A stretch of 64,000 nucleotides of DNA from Lama guanicoe. Lineage: Eukaryota. Below are positions 14,421-27,230 of this stretch, in pieces (position 1 is the stretch's first letter; the number at the start of each line of letters is the position of its first letter). A program made the translations under genes and the position numbers. The DNA lies in the NCBI GenBank assembly GCA_013239625.1, contig MU054220.1, positions 4,279,374 through 4,343,373 of the forward strand, read 5' to 3'. Below the pieces are notes generated by a model. The model was not told the DNA's origin. It saw nothing but the letters and a program-made list of their open reading frames with translations, and did no database searches.

Positions 14421-17400
14421 GATAGAAAAGGTATACAATACTCGGTTATAATCACATGGCATCATTCTCATCTTCACAAACGGATTCTTGTGAAGTCTTA
14501 GGAACTTCACTTCTCTGACAACCTGAAGAGGTACAGACAAAAGAATATGAGGTGACTCCTTAGGACACAGAAGGAAAGGGTTCATAGCTAGAAATCTTCA
14601 GGATTTTACTCCATTGCTTAGCCCAGATGGGGTGTCTTTTTCCTTAATCCTTTAAATTCTATATGGAACAGCATGAATTGTAGCTTGTGTCCTCATCAGT
14701 GAATTTGTACCTTGCAAAACAGAAGTGTCACCTTCCATTCACACAAAGTAGTCTGAAAAATAAGATTTCTCAAAAACATTGCCGAATTTATGAAAAACAA
14801 ACAGTTGAGCCAGCTGAACTTTACAGTTTTGAAATTTATTCCAGCTTGAAGGAGAAAAAGAACTCCCTGTGTTAAGGATTTTTTAAAAATATGTATTGAT
14901 TAATGGTTTTCTCCAAGTTGAATGCCAAGAGAGACGCGAGCAAAGAGAATTCTTCCCCAACTTGGCAAAGGTACTACAAAATGTTCAGGTTGACTGACCA
15001 TGACCCCAAGGCCATCCTGGAGATCACTGTCACAAACACAACCACAGATCCTCAAAATAAACGATCAGATTATCTCTGTAAAAATCTTGAGCTCACTCCA
15101 GGAGTGCTTGAGCTGCTTGGGGTACAGCAGGTCCCCATGACCCTCACTCCCCACAGTCCCAGAATTCAGTTCAGAAGGAAGGGAGCTGCTGCTTCTACTT
15201 CTGTTTCCTCTTCTGAGTTGACCATCTTGGATGCTCAGCCAATCCCATCTCACCTACTAAGAACCATGAAAGTCATACTCTGAAGCTGGGGCGGGGCTCA
15301 GGGGGTGGCCCATGGTCCTCAGATCAATTCAAATTTAAAACTGAAATCAGTTAAAACAGAAGATTTGAGTTAAACCTATCTAAAACGTACAATGTGACAG
15401 CTTCCTTCAGAGTGAGGCCAGGGGCCAAGCCAAATAACCTGTATATCCATCAAGCTTGGAAATTGAAGAGCTGGGGAGGAGGAGGGCAGTGGCTTGCCTT
15501 TTCTTCTGACAGAGCTCAAAACCAACGTGACGAAAGCTCGCTGGAAATTTCTATTGCCTAGTCTAAGTATTTACTTAGACTTCAAGCCCAGCAATTTGGG
15601 CTTAAATGTAACCAAAAAGAAAAAAAATATTTGGTTGGGTTGGAGTGAAAAAGGCAGGGGTGGGGGGGATTTCTGCCTACACTAATCCTCCCAGCAGCAG
15701 ACATGTTAACCACAATATTTATTTTAGTAAATGTAGAGAAAGTGAAAAACATCACTTTTGCCTCTAATATTTCAAAGCCTTGGACTTGCTTTTTAGAAAA
15801 TATATATGTTACTAATGCTGTACATGAAAAATCAGATGTCTCTGCTGGCGTGAGGGCCAGAACTGACAGCCCCGTTTACCAACTGAACAAACACCCCACA
15901 GAAGATTAAACATGGTTCACATTCTCCCCCAAACAACCACATCGCCAGAGCCCTGACCTGAAAATCACTGTTAGAAAAAGGCTGGTCCAGTCTCTAAACG
16001 TGTCAAAATTTGGGCCTCATCAGTTGCGGGCTTTCTTTCCTCCCTAGAGCCAAAATATTTCAAAAATAAACTAAACTCTTGGTCATAAAATAAACCACTA
16101 TACTTTAGTAGGGTGTACCAAAAATGAAAACTGAACACCCAGCTCCAAAACCTAGGTTCATTCTCTTGTTTTCAGTTACACCAGTGTAGGGGTTTAGACC
16201 AAGGAGGAAGAAAAAGAGTTCTGCTTTCTCATAGTCTGCAGTGACACTTGCCCCGAAGAAGTGACTCAGATTCACAGTGAGTAATTCCCCTTAAGCCCAG
16301 AGTGCCTAATCAAGGCTTCTAAGGAGAAGTCTCCTTTGCATTTAGCCCCAGAACTCTGCCTGTCTGGCAGGAGGCTGGGGGTGGGGGTGGGGAGCTCCCT
16401 CTGAAAGCTGGTGGCCTCGGCCTGCAGGAGCGTGTGCAGCAAGGTACACGAGGGACTCACGGCCTTCCTTCTGAAAACACAACCCCTCCTTTCCAAATGA
16501 GGGGAGAATCAGCAAGGCAGGACCTCTGATCCACCTCACTTGGGGAAAGGCGAGGGGCCGTGAACCGGGTCTCCGACGACCCTCCCTGCACTGCTCCTTT
16601 TTGTCCCCTCCTGCTTTCCTTCCCTCCGGTCAGTCTCTTCTGCCCTCCTGCTTAGATGGTGCCTGGTGCCAACACCTTCCTTTTTCTTCTCTCCCTTTCT
16701 TTCTCCTTTACTGAGAGTCAAATAAGCAAAACAAAACAAAAATTCGGAAAACTAGATGTTGGGAGGAAAAAAACTAAGCATAAAAGATAGTTAATATTAA
16801 TTTTAAAAAGCTGTGTGTTTTAGGGTATAATATAGGCCTTCATTTAAAATAACTACTTTGTTTACTAAACTGTGACTCCCTCAATCTAAAAAGAAAATAT
16901 TGATTCTCTCAGAGAACCAGAAGTCCCACCAAATAAGAGTTTTTAAGTGTCTCAGGAGGGCATTTAAATTCTGAGCTGCCTCGCAGACAGCAGTATGTTC
17001 TTCTCCCAGCCTAGACTATGGACCTACTACTGGGAGTTTCCAGGGTTGACTATCCCGACTTCAGTATAACCAATTAAAAGGGAACAGCCATAAAAAGTGC
17101 AGATACTACTGTCAGGCAATAAACTAGACCTTATCGGTGATAGTGGTGCACATTACAAACTTCAAACTCATTCCTTGCTCTAATCCATCAGAAACTTCCT
17201 GGCTTTAATAGGCTATAAAGGGCAGGAGCTTTGAAGTCCCTGGGATTAGGATCAGTAATAGACGAACTGAATGAGAAACGAAATGCAGGTGGAACGCACT
17301 CTATGCGTCCTGAATTAAAAACAAATCCCATTAATCAAACAGTCCTCAACCCTAGCTGCCAGCCAACAGGTTACGGGGGTGGCCAAGGCAAGGAACAAAG

Positions 17401-17799
17401 TGATCAAGGATGAACCAGTGGGAAGTCACTTTCAGGGACTGATTCAAGCCTGGGGAGGGCACGCTTTGCTGACTTTCCCCATCAGAGGTGAGGCCATCCT
17501 TTTTGAAGAAGAGCACAGTATCGGAGCCGAGATAAGGAAGGAGAAAACTAATGCCTTTTAAACTGAGTTTTCATGTAAACAGATCAGCTGAGATGGCTGA
17601 GGGAGGCTGAGATCTGTTTTCCCAAGGCTGATGGCCTTTGATCCTATTGATTCCTAAGCCCTCAAACACTGGTGGCTACAGAGCATGCCACGGGCTCAGA
17701 GTTAAATGGGCCACCCCAGAATAAGAATGAGACGACTGAGAAAACTAGGGTCATGCTGCCTCGGAAATGGCATTACGGTTGCCAAAGTAGGAAAACTCA

Positions 17800-18093
<294 letters not shown>

Positions 18094-18739
18094 TTAACGT
18101 GGGTCAGAGAAGGACCTAGTAACAACGGGGCGGACCTCCTGCCCAGCATCATCTCTAAATGTGAACATGGGGGGTTTGGTGGCTTTTACCACGACCAATC
18201 CAAGAGCTAAACAACTGTTCAAATCTTCCCCTCCTCAAACTTGTACTGACTCTCTTTGATTGATTGATACTATTGAATAAGGAACAGAGAATTTCCACAG
18301 CTGAGAAGAGATTTCTAATTAAACATGGCAGATTAAACACGTGTATTTATCTCCGTTTTCCCCCAACCCCACCCAAAGAGGCAGTTAATAGATACAAGAT
18401 ATTAATCAACCCGGACAATGAAATGAGAACAGAGACAGCAGCTGATGAGCAGCATGAACATGTTTCTGAACAACTGTCAAGGCCCAGAATGTGGGGACAC
18501 AGCAAGAGAGTGAGAGTTGAAACCCAAGTATAAAAGCAGGGAGGCAACAAGGCAAACAGGTCCCAAATGTTACCCCACGAAGGCTCAGTAAGCATGCTGG
18601 GAGGGACCTTGCGAGGTAAGAAGATGGGGTTGAAAACAGGAGGACTGGTTAAAATACGTGTAAGAAGCAGTGACAAACCCAGGGCACAAGCCTTTCCTGA
18701 CACCTGCCCACTCAGCCAGAAAACTATTCTCCTTCCACG

Positions 18740-19720
18740 CCTGAGCTAGAGAAGGGAGGTTTATTCTCTGAGGAAATTGAAGCTCTAGATGTGGAAACAT
18801 AGGCACAGATGAGAGGGAAATGCATTTAAAGGCTATCTTTTGAATGATGAGCTTTACGGCCTTCTTCCCCCTCCAGTTCCCAAAACACTGGCAGCCATGT
18901 GGTTCACATGCCACTCCATCATCTTTCAGTGAAGCTCCATCATCTAACAGTGAAGCCCCATCATCTTCCAGTGCAGTCCCACCATCTTCCAGTGAAGCTC
19001 CGCCATCTTACAGTGAAGCTCCATCTTACAGTAAAGTCCTCTGGACAACACACTTCTCTTAAACAAAGAACTTCTGATCAGGTTTTTAGTGCTTCTCTCT
19101 TAATAACAGACAGATCCTAGAATCAGACATTTCAAGAACATCTTCAGCATGAACAAGAGAAAGCAAATGAACAAAGAGAAAAACAGGAACTCAGGAAACA
19201 GAGACAATAAAAGAAGCAGAAGGAAATGAAAACATCAACAACAAATTATATCCTCAGAGAAAGATTTTTTCATCCACAAAATAAGAATAAATTGCTATTT
19301 TTATTTTAAAAGATCTATCAAAGAATAGGAAAGAACACTTGAAAATTAAAAATATGCTACCTTAGAATTTTTTTAAAAGGCAAGAATGAAAGATAAAGAT
19401 AGCATATTCTAGTCCAGTGAACAAAGAGAGATGAAAAACAGGACAGAAAAGATGAGAAAATCCAGAAGGTCCAACATCCATCTAATAGGTGGCTCCTGAA
19501 AAAGAAAACATAGAACATGAAAGAAACAAAACTACCAAAGAAATTAAGTGTTCAGAACAGAAGATATGAGATGCAAATTTTTAGACTCAAAGGGCCAAAT
19601 ACGTATCAGTACATTGAATTTTTAAAAGATTTTAAAAAATTAAACAATAAAAAAAAATGAAACAAAAACCACAGCAAAGCACATCACTTTGGAACACTGG
19701 GAAAAAAGAGTGAGAGTAAA
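18740..19720 (+). mobile_element. Old HAL1/L1M ORF1-region fragment
   Basis: A-rich, with gaaggtccaacatccatctaatagg. Shares the 17-mer AGAGAAGGGAGGTTTAT with the element at 33.7 kb. Confidence 0.6.
18915..19035. repeat. Degenerate 21-bp minisatellite, about 6 copies (CAGTGAAGCTCCATCATCTTC-like)
   Basis: Units were read directly, and they give the periodic SEAPSS translation in ORF 18844..19062. Confidence 0.9.
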
Positions 19721-20884
19721 TAAAATATGTGGATCTAGGTGATGGGCATGTGAGTTCACTGTATAATTCTTACAACTTCTCTATAAGTTTAAATTTTTTC
19801 AAAATAAAGTTTAAAAAGTCATCAAGAAAATTTAATGTCTTTGCTACCTTTAAAATATCAAGTAATTTTCAATGCAGCAATGTAAGCAAAAATATTTTTG
19901 TACTGAGAACAGACAAAGACTGTTAAAACATTCTTCTATTTTCAATCAGCTTTATTGAGATATAATTCCTATACTATACAATGTACATAAAGTATATAAT
20001 GATTTGGGGTATATTCTGTTGTTAAATTTTAAAAACTGAGGTAACACATAATGTGAAATTTGCCATTTTAACTATCTTTAAGTGTACAATTCAGGGGCAT
20101 TAATTACATTTACACTCATATGTTATTGTGTGAAAAGCCCAGCACCTAACTCCATCTCTGCCAGAAGGAGGCTGAATATGAAATGTTCTGTCCGTTATCC
20201 TGGCTGCTGATACTCCCTAGAGTCTTTCATCCTCTGGGATTTCCAAGGTTCCCCTCCACCCGTATCAACCTTATCTGTATCACTGATGGACACCCATCGC
20301 CACATGATGACAACAGCTGTTTGCCAGATGTAACAGTGTGGGACAGGAAATGTACATAAACACATGGAATACACATGGGATGGGAACTTATGGGATTCCT
20401 GGAGTTCTCATGTAATCAGGATATTAAAGCCAAAATGTCCACAACAGGCCATAATTAGATTTCACAATCAAGAGACACAATAGGAAAGGCTATCTTCTTA
20501 ATGCTGACTTTCTGTTTCCATGACATCACACTCTGGCATTAAACTGTCGTCTTAGGAAGGTGCCAGAATTTTCGTATTTGTACCTTAGCAGCTGATGACC
20601 TTTGTAGGAACACCTTTTTGTTTCCTACTCCAGTCTTACTCTTCACAGCTTCTTGACTTCTGTGGAAACTGAAGTCAGGAAGTAGCCCTGTGCTTAAGTC
20701 ACAATAATCCCCAAGGTTCATGGTCTCCCTGCCACCACCACCCAACCCACTCCTCTACTCCTTCCAACACAATACCCTTATGCTTGAAAATCACCATTTT
20801 AAATAGAAAAGAAACAACAAAAAAAGATTTTTTAAAAGAAGTGTGCAAGATAATTGAATGTGTGATGTTGAAATAATCAAAAGA

Positions 20885-21140
20885 TTTATGAGTACTTACT
20901 AAGTGTTAGGCACTGTGTTTTACATATATTATCTCATTTGAGCCTCATGACAACCCCAAGACAGCTAGCTATTCTTCTCATTTTACAGATGATGAAACTA
21001 CAGGTTTAGAAACAGTGAATGGTATCTAATCATTTACTTTTCCAGTCCAGAAAGGAGGGAAGAAATAGTGAATGATGTTCAAGGTTATATAACCTGTGAG
21101 TGACAGAAGTGGGAAAGAGCCCAGGCCTTCAGACTCCAGA
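20885..21140 (-). mobile_element. MIR SINE
   Basis: tttatgagtacttactaagtgttaggcactgtg...cattttacagatgatgaaact...cccaggccttcagactccaga. Confidence 0.8.
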
Positions 21141-22104
21141 ACCCCAGGGTGGTGGTGGTTCGTGGCCCCTCCTCATGCCCTCCTACTCAGAGTCCGGGGT
21201 AAGCATCACCATTTTATAGTCTCTAGAAACTGGAACTATGGGAAACTCCCAGTTTATTGATTCTAGCTCTTCCCTGAGACAAAAATGCTGAAGATTTTCT
21301 TTATCTTTGATAATCAAATCCGGGCCAGTAAGTAAGAGCCCACCCCAAAACTATGATTTCAGAGAATACATGGAATAAAAACACACCAAATGTATAACAC
21401 TGACACAAAGGGAGCACATAAATTTAAAAAGGTAAATACACCTCGAACACAGAAGGAAAAACTATTAAACCTCCAACAAAATGAGGTCTGTTCTTCAGGA
21501 GAAGTGGGGAATGCCAGCAGAGTTGCATGCCTCTACGGCATTAAAAGGAGAGGAAAATTCCCTGAGAGATGCAAAGTTTGGTTTCAGAAGATGAATCCCT
21601 TGGAACCTAAACCGAGGCACCCCTGAATGGCATCGCAGCTCCGATTTCACGGCGCTGCCAGGGAGAAGGAACGGAGTCCCTGGCAAGACAACAGATCTGG
21701 TCTCATCCCACGTGCCAGCTCCATTCGGGAAGTGGATGGTGATGGGACAGGGGAGGAGACGGAGGAACGGCTGGGTGGGAAGCGGGCAGTAACTCGACTC
21801 GCTGTTCAATTTTTCCACTCTACTCACTTGCATACCAAATCGGGCTTGGAGACCGGAGAAGCAGAAAAGGCAGCATACAGGGAGACAGGACATGTAACAG
21901 GGTGTAACGAGCTCCAAAACCTTGCCAGTGCTTTCCCATAAAATACAGACATTGAGATGAACACGGAGGCAACACGGGGGCTGCTGAGCATATATTTACT
22001 GTGTTACAAGCTTGACATTTTACTGTGGGATATACCACCAGGACTGATGTGAATGACCACGAAAAGTGAGTCAGCATGTTTGGGGTCAGTTTTGAAATCA
22101 CACG

Positions 22105-22370
22105 TCCTTAATCTGAACCCAGGTTCTTTCACTTACCAGCTGTCAGCTGTGTGACCTGGGCAAACCGCTTAACCTCTCTGGCCCTACCGTTTCTGTATCT
22201 ATAAGATCACGACACTACTACTACTTTTCTAGGCAGTATTACTTACTACAATAATTACTTAACTATTAACATTGCAATTATTATTCCTTAACAATCTAGA
22301 GGCTGTGAATGAAAGTAAATAAGTAAGATACGCAAGTGCCTGACAGGTACAAACATCTGATCAATCATAG
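22105..22370 (+). mobile_element. MIR SINE
   Basis: agctgtgtgacctgggcaaaccgcttaacctctctgg is a MIR core. Confidence 0.7.
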
Positions 22371-25300
22371 CCAACAGATGATCCTGTGGGAACAGCAATT
22401 TCTCTGGGATTTACTTTCTGAGGGTCTCAAAAGTGGGATGTGAGTAGGCTCAGCAATCGTGAAGTATCTCCTAGCACCAAGATTTTAAATTGAAATTATT
22501 TTCCTCTCTGCCTTTACCTTATCATGCCTTGGGGTCCTGGTTTACCTGGATTCTCTACCTCTGCTTCTTCCTCTGCAAATACAGCGGTTTTCTTTTCAGG
22601 GTTTTCTCTTTTCCTTCCTACTCCTTATATCAACTATCACGAAAGCTCCATGAAGTCAGGAGCCACAGCTGTTGTTAACGCCCAGTCCCCAGCATGGGGC
22701 TTGGTGCTGCTCAACAAAACTTGTTCAGAAATGAGGACGTTAAACCCAAACGGTCCAGGTCCCGTTCCTCCCGTCCTCTTTGTGTGCCAGTGTGAACAGT
22801 TAATGCGCACTCAAATGAGTGACATCAGGAGCTCTGAAATGATTTTCAACTGCGTTCACTCATTTTAAAGTACTTACTAACACTCTTATTGTGCCAAGTA
22901 AGTAGTCTGAAGAAGTGTAAGGTTAGGATATTTAACTGAGAGTTTGAACCGGGGTGCTGCCATTCCAGTTACTAGTTTTGTGGTGTGTAAAGCTCCTTCC
23001 GTGGGTATGAGAGTCCTCACCTATGAAATGGAGGCATGGTGGTGCCTACCTCCTAGGGTGATGACGATGAAATGAGATTATGCACACAAGCCCCTAGCAG
23101 AGGGCTCAACACAGGCCTCCATGAACAGTAGTTTAAAGCAGACACAAAAAAACTTTTGGCTCACTCCAATTCATATTCTTGTCTGCTAAAACAGTGGCAT
23201 TAGCAGCTCAGCAATCATTCCCACCAGTATGATTTCTGGTGCTCACTCATTCAGCCAACATCTGAGCACAAACCACAAGCCTAGAATAGTGGTAAAGATG
23301 CCAAGACGCACAAATTCCTTCCCCTCAAAATGCTCATCATCTGGTAGAGAAGACAGCTAGGTAAAAAGATACATCATAATGCAAATAACAAGGGCCAAAA
23401 CAAGGTCCCAAAGTCCAGTGGGCACATGAAGGTCCACAGTGTCACCTGCGTCTCCCTGGAGGAGGTGAGGAGGGACCCTCGAGCAGTCTTCGAGGCTGAG
23501 TGGGAGGACACTGGCCAAAGAAGCCGAAGGGCAAACTGAGCAGCACGTGCTACAGGGACAGAGCCCCCCAGGGCTCAGGGCTGGGGGCGGAAGGAAGGAG
23601 AGTAGAGATGGGGACGCTCAGAGTCAGGCGGGTTAAAGCCACGTCATGAAAAGCCCGTATGACAGAAGTTTCTCGGGGAGTCTCGTGATTAATTTTTGCT
23701 GATTTCTTTTGAAACTTTCTTTTCCTGAGTATTGCTTTACTGATGCATTAACGCGGCTACCCTAATGCTCTATTCAGGAGGTCAGAAACGGGAAATGCTG
23801 ACCTGCCGCCGGGCCTCTGTGCCGTCTGCCTTCCCTCCCCAGACATGAGCCCATGTCCCTGTGGAGCCCATGACAGCGTGGAGAAGGCAGCCTTCGCCAG
23901 GGTGTGTGCCTTCCCGCAGACGCTCCACTCCACTGGGGTAAGGTCAACAAACCAACCCCTAGAGAAAAACACTGATTGGAGGACATTTCAAAAACGGCAT
24001 TTAGTCACCTCTGAAATGCCTCTAAGAACTGACCCCCTGCTGGCTGACCAAAGAGTGTCTACAGTCTGCGACCTCCTGACCTCACTTTCTGCAGGAAATC
24101 AAGTGAATTTAAACCTCCATAATTTACTCAAGGCTCTGACTTCTGCCAGGGAAAAGGCAAACAATGCTGGCAATTAAATCCGTTGCCTGATTAAATCTCC
24201 ATCATGGCAAGACAGGCCATGAAACCAGGCACCCGGCAACAGGGACTTGCAGAAAAGGCGAAGCCCAGCTACTGTGGCTGCACCTTCGGCACCTCGGCTC
24301 TCAGCGCACCTTTCAGGTACACTCAGAGGAGCTGCTCGCTGGAGGTGGGAGGAGATACCAAGAGGAGAGTGTGCATCAGCACTGAGCCCAAATATCTCAT
24401 TCATCCCACATCCACCCTTCTGCTTCGCTCCTCACTCCTACAGCAAATATCTATTATGGAAGCTGCAACGAGAAATCTGCCAGAGCCACGGCAGCTGTCC
24501 CATCATCATGCCCGCTTTCCAGAAGTTCTTTCACATCACTTAGCTTATTCTGGGAAGCCCTGGCAAATGAACTAGTACTGAGGGAGCTGTGGGTTCAGGG
24601 GTCAGGGTTCCCCGAAGGAGAGGCCCTGGGAGACCAGGCTGAAAGTGAACCGCCAGTTCAAAGGGGTCTTCTCCTTCAGGAAAGGGATTCGAACTCAACT
24701 AACTCGGCATACCTTTGGCAATCTCACACAGAGGAAGTTGTCTGGGCCCTTCCTGCAGTCCCATTTTGCTTCCTGCGTGAGTCCTATATGAGCCAAGCTG
24801 AAACATTCCGGCCAAGGTTACTCACCATACAGAAAGCGGAGGAAGCCAGGAAGTACACGACCTTTGCTAAACATACTGAAATGTTCTTGCTGGAACTACT
24901 TGAGGATTAGAAAATCAACCTCGAGGAAAACCACATTCCATTCCAACTGCAGGACTCTTTCAACCTAAACCAACCAAATTCCAGACAGGAGAAATCAAGC
25001 TCAAAGCAGCATGATTCAAAATTTAATCCCTATTACTCACCATATCAGAGATTTTTTTTAAGATGTCACTGTGTATAACTTCATGTGACAAGAAGAGAAC
25101 TAAGCAGATATTTGAGTCAACCCACGTTTGATTTAAATGAAGGTATTTTGCCTGAGCAGAAAAGTGAGACGTCAGAGGAGAGAGGAAAAGAGGAGAGGAT
25201 AGGCTTGTTACACAGAAGCTTTTGAGCCCCTGGTTACGAGTAGCCTCACCTATCCCTACCTTGACAGAAAGGGCAGTTTTCTTGGTTGTTTTGAAGTTAT

Positions 25301-26239
25301 AAACCCTTACCTCAATGTGGTTTCAATTATGAATTACCAGACTAAAAGGGGGGAGGGGAAAGCTTTGATTTATTCTTTTTTGCTCCAATTATGCATGATG
25401 TGTTTCCACTGAAGACTTTGAAAAGTATTTCATCATGCCTCTCATCCTGAAGTGGTCAAAGGGCAAAACCAAACGGCGTTAACCCTTTCATTCTTCCTCT
25501 GGGTTCAGACAGACTCCCTATCAATGGATAGAGGGCAAGGCCTTTGAAGCTAAGAGAACCATGGAAGGGTTAAGCATTAGCATCATATTACTAACGTGCA
25601 CAAGGGTGGTGTCCCCTGTCCAAAATGGTGAGATGATATTTATGTTAATGGCTGCTAGGAGATCTGAAAGGAGCAATCAGTAATGTGGCCCATGTTGCCT
25701 TAACCATTAAACCTCTCCAGCTTCACTTTGCAGCCCAACACTCCACTGGGCGTGCACTGACTTGGGAAACCGGAGAATTACAGAGACCTAAGATGTCCCC
25801 CATCAGGCTCTCTTACATTGAAAGAGAAGAGATTCGGGGACAAGCCTGAAGTCTACTTGCTGCATTATGTCTTTCATTCATCCATCTATAAAAAATAACT
25901 GAAAAACACTGGATAACATTGATGGCTAAATCTCACTGACTTTACATTAAACAGACAGATGGAAGATGAGGAAAATCAAAGGCTAGAAATCCTCTTAGTG
26001 CTACAGACTCAACAAAGGAAGATAGCAAATTAACTTAAAATTCCTACAATGTACTTTCAGTAATTTGTTCATAAATAAGTTTTCCATATGGTGGTGTTGG
26101 AATCAGTCTAACTACATTTGGATGGACTGAAGGAACAGGTATTGTAACTCGTACTTCCAAAGAAACTGAGCCACAAAGACCAACTCAGGGTCACAGGAGC
26201 AAGCCAAACATTTTTACTGTTGGTCTCTGTCTTTTCCCT

Positions 26240-27230
26240 CTAGATGCACTGAAGATCTTCTTTTCCTTTGGTGCACTGCAGTTTCATTATGACTATCCTG
26301 CTGTGGTTTGCTGGTCTTCCTGGATCTGAGGTCTGAGGACAGTTGATAATTCTGGAAAATTCTCCACTATTATTCTTTCAAAAGGGCCTCTTTCCATTCT
26401 CTCTTTCTCCTCCTCCTGGAACTCTGATTAGACATATGTTGGACCTTGTTCCTTAGTTCTCCACATCACTTCACTACTCTTTCATATTTTCCATCTCTTT
26501 GTCCCTTTGGGCTATATCCAGAATAATTTATTTGAATCTAATAATCTAACCTAATCTAATAATCTGAAGTCCTTGCAGCTGTGTTTCTGCTGGTTCTCAC
26601 TCATGATACTGCCCTATTTCTTTACGGGTTTGTGGTTTTTAACTGTCAGCTGCTCATTTTCCATAGACATTTTATTTGTAAGAATTATTTGAGACATAGA
26701 TTGAAGATGAGTTCCTCCAGAGAGAATCTCTGTCTACTTCTGCTGGTCCCTATGAACTCAGGGCCACTTTCAATGAAATTCTCCTCTTAAGGTTTACTCA
26801 GACCACACTTGTAGTCCGAACTTACACCACAAACCATGTGAAGGTGGCTTATGCATGCAATTCTCAACAACCAGGGTGAATACAGACTTCTTCTTCTTTA
26901 CCCTCTCACTGAAGATGCTGTCTTTTACTCCCCTGGCTTCATCCAGGAAGCTCTTGATATATTCTCCAACTTGCACAGGCCACAGGCTTTCAATCCAGCT
27001 CCCCTGTCCCCTACTTTAGACAATTACCAAGTAGGAGGCTCCAGGTCAACAGTCCCTGCAAAATCTCTGTAGCAAAAGCCAGCTTTGGCCCCCACTTACC
27101 TCCCAGGGCACCTAGTTTCACTTTGTTTAAGGTCAACAAATATCTTACTTTCATGCCAGCTTAGCAATAGGCTTTGTAATACTTCATTCAGTATTTCAGT
27201 TGGGAAGGTCATATTTAATCCAGCATAAAG
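26240..27230 (-). mobile_element. Old L1ME-type 5'/ORF1 fragment
   Basis: aattctggaaaattctccactattattc and ggaactctgattagacatatgttggacctt are antisense L1 ORF1 motifs. Confidence 0.7.

Noticed and set aside
17577..17620. Imperfect hairpin AAACAGATC...GATCTGTTT
   Set aside because: Only a 9-bp stem with a long loop, which is expected by chance in 64 kb.
18915..19035. Regular short repeats as a CRISPR-like array
   Set aside because: The units are contiguous with no unique spacers, and the context is a mammalian intron.
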